Positions 1 to 8,934 of a DNA stretch of 64,000 nt are shown piece by piece. Made by a program: the position numbers and the translations under genes. Origin of the DNA: an uncultured Rubrivirga sp. (GTDB taxonomy: Bacteria > Actinomycetota > Actinomycetes > S36-B12). The notes below the pieces were generated by a model. The model was not told the DNA's origin and ran no database searches. It was given only the letters and a program-made list of their open reading frames with translations. How positions within the stretch are numbered: position 1 is the first letter of the stretch; each line of letters begins with the position of its first letter. Location of the stretch: NCBI GenBank assembly GCA_964385255.1, contig CAYLOH010000004.1:15060-79059 (forward strand), given 5' to 3'.

Positions 1-383
1 CGATCGGCCCGGAGTTTGGTACGCATGTCGACTACCGGCCGGTCGTGGGTGTACCTGGTGCGGGCGAGCCGCCCCGCGCCCTGGGATGGCTTCGCACCGC
101 GGAGGAATTGCAGCAATGGACCGCGGCGACGACATTGGGCATCGTCGATGCTTGGTGGCCGGCCAGTTACATCGCGATGCCGGCCGTCCGCCCCATGGCC
201 ACGGTTTCATTCAGTGCGCACCTTCTGGTCGACCCACAGACTCTCGATCCACGTGAACCGCTCGGCTACGAAGCATGGGTCTCCTCCACCGACGAAGGCT
301 TCACGAGTGAGACTCGCAGGTTGTGGTCGCCCGACGGCCGCCTCGTCGTGGAAAACCATCAGGCGATCGTCGTTATCAAGTAG
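1..383 (+). CDS. Acyl-CoA thioesterase family protein (TesB-like hot-dog fold), 5'-truncated by window edge
   Basis: Frame is open from position 3. C-terminal motifs IVDAWWP, ATVSFSAH and GFTSETRRLWSPDGRLVVENHQ are typical of thioesterase-like proteins. Confidence 0.75.
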   Translation, partial: IGPEFGTHVDYRPVVGVPGAGEPPRALGWLRTAEELQQWTAATTLGIVDAWWPASYIAMPAVRPMATVSFSAHLLVDPQTLDPREPLGYEAWVSSTDEGFTSETRRLWSPDGRLVVENHQAIVVIK

Positions 384-412
384 TCCCTCGCAGGCATGCC
401 TTGTCTGGGACG

Positions 413-1045
413 TCACTCCCCGAGCTGCGGAGCGGGGAATCTCTGCGCTAGATCCAGCACGCGCTGAACGTAGTTCTCCGTCTCCGGGAATGGCGGAATG
501 CCGTCGTACTTGCGTACTGCTCCGTGGCCAGCGTTGTATGCAGCGAGGATGTTGTGCAGGGGTGAGCCCGGAACTTCGGAAACCAGGCGGCGGTTCACGC
601 AGTTGAGCTCGGCTGCCGAGTGGATCGCATCCACGGGATCCCAAACGTCGCGTTTGCCGTCACCATCGGCGTCGATGCCGAACTGCTCCCACGTTGCCGG
701 CATGAATTGCGCGATCCCCTCGGCGCCGGCGGGGCTCACTGCATCTATTCGCCACGAGCTCTCGGTTGCGATCTGTGCAGCGAGAACGCGGGCGGGGATG
801 GCTGGGCACCGACGAGCGGCTTCGACGATGACGGCCTGGTACTCCTGAGGAATAGTCGGGGTCCCGCCGAAGCGCCCGTTGTCGCGGGCCTGCTGTAGCC
901 GGTCCCAATCAACCAGCCTTGCACCGGTGACGAGCAACCCGCCGACAGTCAGTGCCACGACAGCGACCACGCTCACCCCGATCACCCACGAGATCAGCGA
1001 TCTCCTGGCTTGGGAAGAGCGAGTGCCATTACGCGAGGAAGTCAT
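413..1045 (-). CDS. Membrane-anchored lytic transglycosylase (SLT domain)
   Basis: N-terminal TM helix; SLT motifs AAQIATESSW, AVSPAGAEGIAQFMPATW, LAAYNAG and PPFPETENYV. Confidence 0.88.
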   Translation of the reverse strand: MTSSRNGTRSSQARRSLISWVIGVSVVAVVALTVGGLLVTGARLVDWDRLQQARDNGRFGGTPTIPQEYQAVIVEAARRCPAIPARVLAAQIATESSWRIDAVSPAGAEGIAQFMPATWEQFGIDADGDGKRDVWDPVDAIHSAAELNCVNRRLVSEVPGSPLHNILAAYNAGHGAVRKYDGIPPFPETENYVQRVLDLAQRFPAPQLGE

Positions 1046-1106
1046 GGTCGTTCCACGGTAACCCAGTCATGGCTCTCCTGGTCTGTGACCCGCGTACGCT
1101 GAACGT

Positions 1107-2273
1107 ATGTCCACGGAGCCCGGCGATGACGGGCGTCCCCGCGCCGGTGACCTGGATGTCCCTGCTTTGGAGGGGATGTTCACCAAGGAACTGACCAATG
1201 CCTTCGCCGCCTTGGGGTGTTTCAACTTGGCGGTCTTCGGGTCGACGGGCGCGGGCAAGTCGACCTTGGTGAATGCGATATTCGGCAAAGACGTCGCTGA
1301 CACCGGTGTGGGGCAGCCCGTCACGAAGGGGATCGAGTACCACCGCCGGGATGACGGCTTCCTCGGCATTTTCGATTCGGAAGGATTCGAAACTGGTTCG
1401 GCCGGTGATCAGATCCTCGACGGTTTGCAGTCGGTTGTCCAATCCCGGCGCTCGGGTCCGATCGATCAGCAGATCCATGCTGCGTGGTACGTGGTCCGGT
1501 GGTCGGATCGACGATTCGAGAATGCGCAGGCCGAATTCGTTCGAAGCTTGGCCGGCATGGGCCTCCCGGTCATCATCGTGCTTACCCAGGTACCGAGCAA
1601 AGACGGTGAGGTCCACCCGCACGCTCGCGAGCTCGCCGACTACATCGCGAGTTTGGATCTGCCGATCCGCGCTGACGGCGCCCCGGTGTTGACGAACGCA
1701 CTCGCGGACTCCTTCACGCATGCTCCCGTCTTCGGGCTGGATCGACTTCTCGATGTGACATACGACGTTGTTCCCGAGGCGGCTCAAGCCGCGCTAACCG
1801 CCGCGCAGCGGTTGGACATGGAGCGCAAAAAAAAAGCCGTGAAGGCCATCGTCAATCAGGCCGTCACCGTCGCCTCTGGAATAGGCGCAGTCCCGATTCC
1901 CTTCACTGACGCCGCCCTGCTGGTGCCGAACCAGGTCACGATGATCGCCCGGATCTCAGCCGCCTACGGCCTTCCGCCACAACGCTCGCGTGCGATGGCT
2001 ATCGCCGGATCACTCGTCTTGACGGGTGGGGCCACCATGGCCGGCCGCTTCGCGGTGACGAACCTGCTGAAGTTCGTTCCGGGAGGAGCAATCGCGGGCT
2101 CGGCGATCTCCGCCACGGTCGCTGGTTCGCTCACGCGCGCTGTCGGTATGGCGTGGGCGCGTGTGTGTGAATACGCCATCTCCTTGCCTCCCTCACAGCA
2201 GGAAGCCTTCTGGAACAGTTCGGCGGTCGTGGACCGCTTTCGGTCGGCGCTCAGTGATCGCAAGACACGCTGA
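1107..2273 (+). CDS. P-loop GTPase fused to a DUF697/YcjF-like hydrophobic C-terminal domain
   Basis: G1 GSTGAGKST, G2 PVT, G3 DSEG; C-terminal GAVPIPFTDAALLVPNQ...LLKFVPGG region; TACGCT -10 six nt before the ATG. Confidence 0.8.
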   Translation: MSTEPGDDGRPRAGDLDVPALEGMFTKELTNAFAALGCFNLAVFGSTGAGKSTLVNAIFGKDVADTGVGQPVTKGIEYHRRDDGFLGIFDSEGFETGSAGDQILDGLQSVVQSRRSGPIDQQIHAAWYVVRWSDRRFENAQAEFVRSLAGMGLPVIIVLTQVPSKDGEVHPHARELADYIASLDLPIRADGAPVLTNALADSFTHAPVFGLDRLLDVTYDVVPEAAQAALTAAQRLDMERKKKAVKAIVNQAVTVASGIGAVPIPFTDAALLVPNQVTMIARISAAYGLPPQRSRAMAIAGSLVLTGGATMAGRFAVTNLLKFVPGGAIAGSAISATVAGSLTRAVGMAWARVCEYAISLPPSQQEAFWNSSAVVDRFRSALSDRKTR

Positions 2274-2305
2274 ACTCGATGCTCTCCTGCTGTTAGCGTC
2301 GGCCT

Positions 2306-2653
2306 GTGCGTCGCATCCTCTGGCTCCTGGTGGCAGCTGCCGTGGGCCTCGTTGGTTGGTGGGGATGGCGCCAACTGCAAGAAGCGCGCCAGCCGCAGGT
2401 CACGCGCCAGCCGCGGGAAGCCGTGATGCCGGTGCCCTCCGCACCCGATTCCTCCGGCGGTCGTGCTCGGGCGTCTGCCACCGGCACGGAGTCTGCACAC
2501 GATCAGAAGAAGACCACGAAGAAGACCACGAAGAAGGCCACAAAGAAAGCCACCAAGAAGGCGCCGACTAAGGCAACCAAGGCAACCAAGGATGCCCCGG
2601 CCAAGCCCGTGCGCAAGAAGGCATCGGGCGACGAGAAGCCGAAATCCACGTAG
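2306..2653 (+). CDS. Small membrane-anchored protein with Lys/Thr/Ala-rich (histone H1-like) tail
   Basis: N-terminal hydrophobic helix, KKTT/KKAT repeats, TAGCGT -10 six nt before the GTG. Confidence 0.7.
   Translation: MRRILWLLVAAAVGLVGWWGWRQLQEARQPQVTRQPREAVMPVPSAPDSSGGRARASATGTESAHDQKKTTKKTTKKATKKATKKAPTKATKATKDAPAKPVRKKASGDEKPKST
2507..2590 (+). repeat. Degenerate 12-bp tandem repeat (AAGAAGRCCACN) encoding KKTT/KKAT
   Basis: aagaagaccacg aagaagaccacg aagaaggccaca aagaaagccacc aagaaggcgccg..., read directly from the sequence. Confidence 0.85.
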
Positions 2654-2735
2654 CGGGTTTCGCAGCCGGCGAAACCGGGGGACGCCCGAGCGCGGGCCCT
2701 GCATTTCCCGCGTAGCCTGGGGGTCGGGAGGTTTT

Positions 2736-3689
2736 ATGCGATCGCCGAGGAAGTTGATCTCTTTCGCGCAGGACGTCAACTCCGTCGATCGGCCTGCGGT
2801 ACCTACGTTGGTGCACGCCTTCCAGGGTTTCGTCGACGCTGGAGCCGGCGTCCGACTGGCGGCCGCGCACCTTCGTGAAACCTGCAGCGCGGAGGTGATC
2901 GCCACGTTCGACCCGGATGAGTTGATCGACTATCGGGCGCGCCGCCCGCGGATGACGTTCTCCAGCGATCACTTCACCTCGGTCGATCACCCGCGGATAG
3001 CCCTGACTCGAGTCTTCGACCAAGCGGGGCGGGATTTCCTGTTGTTGGATGGCCCCGAACCGGACTATCAGTGGTCGCGCTTCCTCGCAGCCATCGACAT
3101 CATCGTCGACCAATTCGACTTGACCCACGCCGTTGGGTTGACCGCCATTCCGTGGCCAAGTCCCCACACGCGGCCGATCGGCATCACCGTTCACGGCAAC
3201 GACCCGCAACTCATCGCAGGGCGCAGCGCGGTGCTCGGGGACATCGAAGTGCCCGGCCACATGGGGGCCCTCGTCGAGTTCCACTTGGGTCAGCGCGGGT
3301 TGTCCTCCATCGGTGTGACGGCGCAGGTTCCTCATTACCTCGTGCAATTCGAATATCCGCGTTGCGCCATGGCCTTGATCGAAGGACTCACCGACGTGAC
3401 GGGTCTACAGCTCTCGTCCGTGGGATTGGAAGGACCAGCGGTCAAGGCTGATAGCGAAGTCACCGATCAACTATCTGGAAACGACGAATTCGCGGCGGTC
3501 GTCAGTGCGCTCGAGAGTCAGTACGACCAGATGCTCGAAGCGCGCACCGCGCTCACCAAGCCCAGCAGTGCTCCCCAGGGAATGGTGCCGAGTGGGGACG
3601 AGATCGCCGCTCAAGTGGAGGAATTCCTGGCGGGGTTGCACAACCAGACCGACAAGGAAGACAAGTCCGCAACGGATGAGGCCGGTTGA
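2736..3689 (+). CDS. PAC2-family (proteasome assembly chaperone-like) protein
   Basis: Motifs FQGFVDAG, DELIDYRARRP, GPEPDYQW, PHTRP, AQVPHYL and LESQYD; GGAG RBS before ATG 2736. Confidence 0.88.
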   Translation: MRSPRKLISFAQDVNSVDRPAVPTLVHAFQGFVDAGAGVRLAAAHLRETCSAEVIATFDPDELIDYRARRPRMTFSSDHFTSVDHPRIALTRVFDQAGRDFLLLDGPEPDYQWSRFLAAIDIIVDQFDLTHAVGLTAIPWPSPHTRPIGITVHGNDPQLIAGRSAVLGDIEVPGHMGALVEFHLGQRGLSSIGVTAQVPHYLVQFEYPRCAMALIEGLTDVTGLQLSSVGLEGPAVKADSEVTDQLSGNDEFAAVVSALESQYDQMLEARTALTKPSSAPQGMVPSGDEIAAQVEEFLAGLHNQTDKEDKSATDEAG

Positions 3690-3707
3690 GCCATCCGCTC
3701 GGTCGGA

Positions 3708-5231
3708 TCAACGCGAGCAGGTTGTGCCGGAAGCTGGCAATTCGCCAGTCAACAGGTAGCGATCGGTGAGATCGTCGACGCAGAGGTTGGAATCCCCATA
3801 AGCAGTGTGGCCGTCCGCTCGGTTGGTCAAGAGTCTGCTTGTTGGCAATTGGCGATTCAGCGATTGCGACCACCAATACGGAGTGGCGGGATCGAACGTG
3901 GTGCCGATGATCAATATCGGGGCTTGCGTGGTCGAGGTCACCGGCGCGGGCGGCGTCGCCGAATGCGCAAACCAACTGCTGCATGGTGCGTTACCCCAGG
4001 ACATCGCTCGCGTCATCTCGGGCACTGCCGCTCGTTGAGACCACATCTGTGCCGCAGCGGCGAGGCCTATCGGTCCAGGGGGAGCGGGGTAGTCCCAGCA
4101 ACCGATCGCATAGAAGGCCGAGGCGATGTTGCTCCCGTATCTGTTCGGTCCGGTCTGGTCGTTCGCCAACTGTGCCAGCAGTTGCAAAGTCGTGCCGTCG
4201 CCGATTGCGGCTTGGCGCAGACCGGCTCGCAGAGTTGGCCACAGGTCGGTCGAATACATGGCGAAGAACAAGGCGGTAATCGCCTCGGATTGCACGAGCC
4301 GACGGCTGCCATCGGTCGGCATCGCTGTTCGATCGAGGTTCTCGAGGAGTCCGTTGATGGTGGTGATCACCCCTTGCGGCGTCGATGCGACGCAATCGGA
4401 CCGACCGGCGCAGTTCTCAGCGAACCGTCGAATGGCCCGCTGGAAGCCCTCTGATTGATCCTTCGACAACTGCATTGCATCCAGCGCAGGATCGACTCCA
4501 CCATCGAGAACCATGCGCCCGACCCGGTCGGGGAATTCCTGCGCGTAGCGAGCACCCAGTAACGAGCCGTGGGAGAAACCGAGCCAGTTCAGGGCCGGCT
4601 CTCCCAGGGCTTGTCGTATGACGTCCATGTCCTTGATGGTGTTGTCGGTACCCACGAAGCGCGCTAACTCAGGATCGCGGGAGAGGCATCGTTGGGAAAT
4701 CTCGGCAGCACGCTTGACGAGGGTGTCCTGCTCGCGGGGTGTGTCGGGTGTCATGTCGGTTCGGTACCAGCGCGAGGTCTGGCGACCCGTCAGGCATTCC
4801 ACGGGCGAGGACTTCCCGACGCCCCGTGGGTCGAAGCCGACGATGTCGTAGGCGCTTCGAACGTCGGCGTCGATGACCGTTCCCAGGTACTGGACGTAGT
4901 CCACCCCGCTTGCCCCCGGCCCGCCGGGATTGACGAGCAGACTGCGCGGGGAGGTTCCGGTGGCCGGCAGCTTGACCAGCGCGAGATCGATCGTTCGCCC
5001 GGCGGGCCGCTGGTAGTCCAGTGGAACGGTCACCGTGGCGCACTGGACCCGTGGCCCACGGCCCGTGCACGCCTCCCATGCGATGTCTTGGTTGTAGAAC
5101 TCGCGCAGTTGGGGATCAGTCGGATTGCTGGGCCGCGAGGCCTCGATCGGGTCCGCGTTGACTGTCGGGGCTGCCAGGCCCCAGGTCAGAACGCAGACCA
5201 GTGGCAGCCCCCATCGCCGGATCGAGCGCAT
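3708..5231 (-). CDS. Secreted alpha/beta hydrolase, tripeptidyl-aminopeptidase (TAP)-like peptidase
   Basis: Signal peptide; motifs VPLDY, NPGGPGASG, GFDPRGVGKS, GFSHG nucleophile elbow, DPATP and GHTAY. Start chosen at MRSIRR. Confidence 0.88.
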   Translation of the reverse strand: MRSIRRWGLPLVCVLTWGLAAPTVNADPIEASRPSNPTDPQLREFYNQDIAWEACTGRGPRVQCATVTVPLDYQRPAGRTIDLALVKLPATGTSPRSLLVNPGGPGASGVDYVQYLGTVIDADVRSAYDIVGFDPRGVGKSSPVECLTGRQTSRWYRTDMTPDTPREQDTLVKRAAEISQRCLSRDPELARFVGTDNTIKDMDVIRQALGEPALNWLGFSHGSLLGARYAQEFPDRVGRMVLDGGVDPALDAMQLSKDQSEGFQRAIRRFAENCAGRSDCVASTPQGVITTINGLLENLDRTAMPTDGSRRLVQSEAITALFFAMYSTDLWPTLRAGLRQAAIGDGTTLQLLAQLANDQTGPNRYGSNIASAFYAIGCWDYPAPPGPIGLAAAAQMWSQRAAVPEMTRAMSWGNAPCSSWFAHSATPPAPVTSTTQAPILIIGTTFDPATPYWWSQSLNRQLPTSRLLTNRADGHTAYGDSNLCVDDLTDRYLLTGELPASGTTCSR

Positions 5232-5305
5232 GTAACGACCGTACGTCACGCCGTCCGAGGTGCCGGGCAGCGCACCGGGAGGGCTCATGGCAGGCTAGTA
5301 AGACC

Positions 5306-6403
5306 ATGGTGAAGGGAAGTGAACCTGTGGCCCCAGGCCTTGAGTCCGCCGGCGGCAGTGAGGTGGGGCGAACGAGCTCCCCCTCGGGCAGCTCGGTGCT
5401 CACCTACAAGGACACATCGGTCCTCGCCGTTTCAGCGGTGGACGCCCCCGACATCGTGTCGTCGGCCCAGATCGACGAGTGGTTGGAGCCGGCCTACCAG
5501 GCCGCCGGACTGCATGGCGGAATGCTGGAGCAACTCGCGGGAATCGTGGAGCGTCGGTGGTGGCCTCAAGACGTCACCTTCGCCGATGCGGCTGCGATGG
5601 CCGGCGCAAAGGCTCTCGCGGAAGCGGGCGTTGATCCGGCGAACGTCGGTCTGCTTATCGACACTTCCGTATGCCGTGAGCGACTCGAACCCTCGGCCTC
5701 CGTTGACGTCCATCGTCAATTGGGTCTGTCCACTGCCTGCATCAACTTCGACCTCAGCAACGCTTGTCTGGGATTTCTGAGTGGCATGCAATTGGCGGCG
5801 ACCATGATCGACGCCGGCCAAATCGACTACGCCCTCATCGTGGATGGAGAGGGCAGTCGGCACACGCAGCAGGTGACCATCGAGAGACTGAACGCGTCCG
5901 GGGCGAGTCGAGAGGACATCTTGGAGAACTTCGCGACGTTCACGCTCGGATCGGGTGGAGCTGCGATGGTTCTCGGCCGTGCCTCGATGCACAGCGAAGG
6001 CCATCGGTTCGTTGGGGGAGTAACCCGCGCGGCCACCGAGCACAACCAGTTGTGCCTGGGCGACTTGGACGGGATGCGAACGGACAGTCGGGCACTTCTC
6101 GAAGCAGCGGTCGTGCTGGCTCGTGTGACGTGGGCCGATGCCGCTGAACATTTCGACTGGTCGGACCTGTCGATGTACGTCATCCACCAGGTGTCCAAGA
6201 TCCATACCGAGGCGATCGCCCGAGCACTGTGCATCGATGAGAAGCGAGTTCCCCAAACCTTCCCAACCCGGGGCAATATCGGGCCAGCATCGATCCCCTT
6301 CACGTTGGCACTGAACTCCGAAGGACTGACGTCTGGTGACCGCGTTGCATGCATGGGTATTGGATCGGGTTTGAACTCGGCCGTCATCGAAATCGAGTGG
6401 TGA
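5306..6403 (+). CDS. oleA: OleA: thiolase-fold acyl-CoA condensing enzyme (KAS III-like)
   Basis: Catalytic motifs DLSNACLGF (Cys), HQVS (His), GNIGPAS (Asn) and LEPS (Glu); first gene of the oleBC-oleD operon. Start uncertain. Confidence 0.85.
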   Translation: MVKGSEPVAPGLESAGGSEVGRTSSPSGSSVLTYKDTSVLAVSAVDAPDIVSSAQIDEWLEPAYQAAGLHGGMLEQLAGIVERRWWPQDVTFADAAAMAGAKALAEAGVDPANVGLLIDTSVCRERLEPSASVDVHRQLGLSTACINFDLSNACLGFLSGMQLAATMIDAGQIDYALIVDGEGSRHTQQVTIERLNASGASREDILENFATFTLGSGGAAMVLGRASMHSEGHRFVGGVTRAATEHNQLCLGDLDGMRTDSRALLEAAVVLARVTWADAAEHFDWSDLSMYVIHQVSKIHTEAIARALCIDEKRVPQTFPTRGNIGPASIPFTLALNSEGLTSGDRVACMGIGSGLNSAVIEIEW

Positions 6404-8934
6404 CTCCCGCTCGTACGCCGCCGGACTTGCCGGGCCTGCGACCGGAGTGGTCCCGCATTCTTTTCATCCCCGATCACGATGGTTCGGACATCGGCGTCCA
6501 TGTTCTCGAGGCAGGTTCACAGGACCCGGACTTCACGGTCGTGTGCGTCCATGGCAATCCAACGTGGTCGTACCTGTGGCGAGCGGTGATCGCCGAGGCT
6601 CCGGCGAACGTGCGAGTCATCGCGGTCGACCAGGTAGGTATGGGCTATTCGGCCAGGAGTCCGTTCCCCCGGCGATTGGCCGACCGTGTGGCCGATCTCG
6701 AAGCGATAGTCGAAACGGCGCGTGTTCGGGGTCGCGTCGTGCTCATGGCCCACGATTGGGGTGGGCCGATCGCGTTGGGTCTGGCCGAACGCCTCGTCGA
6801 ACGCAGCGACATTGACGTTGCCGCTCTGGTCCTAACGAACACCGCGATCCATCAACCCGAAAACAGCGCAGCACCGCTGCTCATCTCCGCCGCGCGTCTT
6901 CCTGGTGTCCTGCCCGCAGTCACGATCCGAACGCCGGCTTTCGTCGCTGCGACGACAGCTATTTCCTCGATGGACCGCGGCTCCGCGCATGCCCTACGAA
7001 GCCCTTACGCCCGTGCGGCCGATCGCCGATCCATCATGGAGTTCGTCGCTGATATCCCACTGTCTTCGTCGCATCCGTCCCGCAGCACGTTGGAATCGAT
7101 CGCAGCAGGCTTGCCGACGTTGTCGCAGATTCCGACGCTACTTGTGTGGGGAATGAAGGACCCTGTCTTCTCGCGACGTTACCTGGACGACCTGCGCCAT
7201 CGGATTCCGCACGCGGACGTCCATCAGTACGAGGATGCAGGACACCTTGTGCTCGAAGATCGACCGGATGCCATCGCCGACATCTGGCGGTGGGTTGCTG
7301 CAAAGAACGCTCGGGAAGTGCGCTCGACGATTCCGTCCGAGGAACCGGCGGACCTGCTCGCGAATCTTCGGTCTCTCGCAGCGTCGGGTGATGCGGCGGT
7401 GTGTGAACCGTTCGGCAATGGATGGCGAACCATCTCCTGGTCTCGCCTGGATGACCGGGTGCTTCGACTCTCGCGCGGCTTGTCGGCGCGTGGTGTGCGG
7501 GCCGGCGATCGTATCGCATTGTTGATGCCGCCGGGAGCCGATTTGCTTGCCGTGGTCTACGCAGCGTGGAGTATCGGAGCGGTCATCGTCGTTATCGATG
7601 CAGCCAACGGCCCTCGGGCATTGTTGCGCGCCCTGCGCGCAGCGCGCGTCGATCATGCAGTGGCGATCCGGCGTGCCCGCCCGGTCGTGGCGCTCCTGCG
7701 AATCCCTGGCGTCGTCATATGGGCCGATGAATTGGCCGACATCTCTCGCGTGCAGGCCGAGGAGGCAGATGACGGCGAGGTGTCGTCGAACGCCGACGCC
7801 GCAGTCGTCTTCACCTCGGGTGCGACGGGGCCGGCGAAGCCGGTTGCCTATACACGAGCGCGCATTGCCGCCACCCGCGATGTGTTGCTTGATCACTATG
7901 GATTCACGCGCTCTGACGTGCTCGTCGCGGCCTTCGCTCCCTGGGCGGTATTGGGACCGCTGCTGGGTATTGGTTCGGTTATTCCACGCATGGACGCGTC
8001 GCGACCGGGATCGCTGACTGCATCGGCATTGGCCGAGGCGATGGAACAGGCGGGGGGAACGGTGATGTGGATGTCCCCCGCGGCGCTGCGCTCGGTCCTC
8101 ACGGGAGCCCGACCCGGCACGGCAGACCGACGGCGATTGGTCGAGGCGAGTGCGGACCTGAGGTTTTTGCTCGTCGCCGGAGCGCCCGTGTCGCGCCGGC
8201 TGCTCCACGAGGCCAGGGAACTGTGGCCCCACGCGGACCTTCGAACGCCCTACGGCATGACCGAGGTGCTGCCGGCCACCGACGTCCAGGCGTCGGAGGT
8301 AATCGGCGAGTCCGCATCCCTCGGGGTTCTCGTCGGACGGCCTCTGCCATCGGTTGACGTCGCCATCGCCGCCCTCGACCACGACGGTGAGCCCAGTGAT
8401 GAACTCGAGCAGGTTCCCGGTGTTCTCGGAGAGGTCGCCATTCGCGCGCGTCACGCCAAGTCCCGGTATGACGGTCGGGCATTCGTCGAACTGCGATCTT
8501 CCCGGAATGCGGGGTGGCATCGCACCGGCGATGTGGGTCTCCTGGATGAGCGAGGTCGATTGTGGATCCAAGGTCGATTGAGCCACGTCATCACTGCCGA
8601 AGGTGGCCCGCTGGGTCCTGTGCCGTTGGAGCAACAAGTGGAGGCGTCCTTGGTCGATGCAGGTCACCTCGACGTCGTGGCAGCCGCCGTTGGCGTTGGC
8701 CCCGTGGGATGCCAGGTACCGGTGATCGTGTGCGCTCCCGCCGTCTCGGCGGGGTCGGACAGTGGTCTGCACATCGCCGATCGGGAGGTCTGTGACATCG
8801 TTCGACGGGTGCTGCCCGGCGTTGCGGCCGTGCTGTGGCGTTCGCGCATGCCTGTAGACATTCGACACGGTGCCAAGATCGATCGCTCGAAATTGTCCCG
8901 GGAAGCAGCAGCGTTCCTTGCGGGTAGGCAATGA
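6400..8934 (+). CDS. oleBC: OleBC fusion: haloalkane-dehalogenase-like beta-lactone decarboxylase plus AMP-dependent beta-lactone synthetase
   Basis: N-domain HGNPTWSYLWR and AHDWGG; C-domain FTSGATGPAK, TPYGMTE, WHRTGDVG and PVDIRHGAKIDR. The GTG overlaps the oleA stop (GTGA). Confidence 0.85.
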   Translation: MTPARTPPDLPGLRPEWSRILFIPDHDGSDIGVHVLEAGSQDPDFTVVCVHGNPTWSYLWRAVIAEAPANVRVIAVDQVGMGYSARSPFPRRLADRVADLEAIVETARVRGRVVLMAHDWGGPIALGLAERLVERSDIDVAALVLTNTAIHQPENSAAPLLISAARLPGVLPAVTIRTPAFVAATTAISSMDRGSAHALRSPYARAADRRSIMEFVADIPLSSSHPSRSTLESIAAGLPTLSQIPTLLVWGMKDPVFSRRYLDDLRHRIPHADVHQYEDAGHLVLEDRPDAIADIWRWVAAKNAREVRSTIPSEEPADLLANLRSLAASGDAAVCEPFGNGWRTISWSRLDDRVLRLSRGLSARGVRAGDRIALLMPPGADLLAVVYAAWSIGAVIVVIDAANGPRALLRALRAARVDHAVAIRRARPVVALLRIPGVVIWADELADISRVQAEEADDGEVSSNADAAVVFTSGATGPAKPVAYTRARIAATRDVLLDHYGFTRSDVLVAAFAPWAVLGPLLGIGSVIPRMDASRPGSLTASALAEAMEQAGGTVMWMSPAALRSVLTGARPGTADRRRLVEASADLRFLLVAGAPVSRRLLHEARELWPHADLRTPYGMTEVLPATDVQASEVIGESASLGVLVGRPLPSVDVAIAALDHDGEPSDELEQVPGVLGEVAIRARHAKSRYDGRAFVELRSSRNAGWHRTGDVGLLDERGRLWIQGRLSHVITAEGGPLGPVPLEQQVEASLVDAGHLDVVAAAVGVGPVGCQVPVIVCAPAVSAGSDSGLHIADREVCDIVRRVLPGVAAVLWRSRMPVDIRHGAKIDRSKLSREAAAFLAGRQ

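Noticed and set aside
7138-8931. Long antisense ORFs (also 17013-18434, 20940-22604, 37382-38527, 48485-49669, 51638-52849)
   Set aside because: Shadow frames opposite well-supported genes. They are expected from high-GC codon bias and carry no recognisable motifs.
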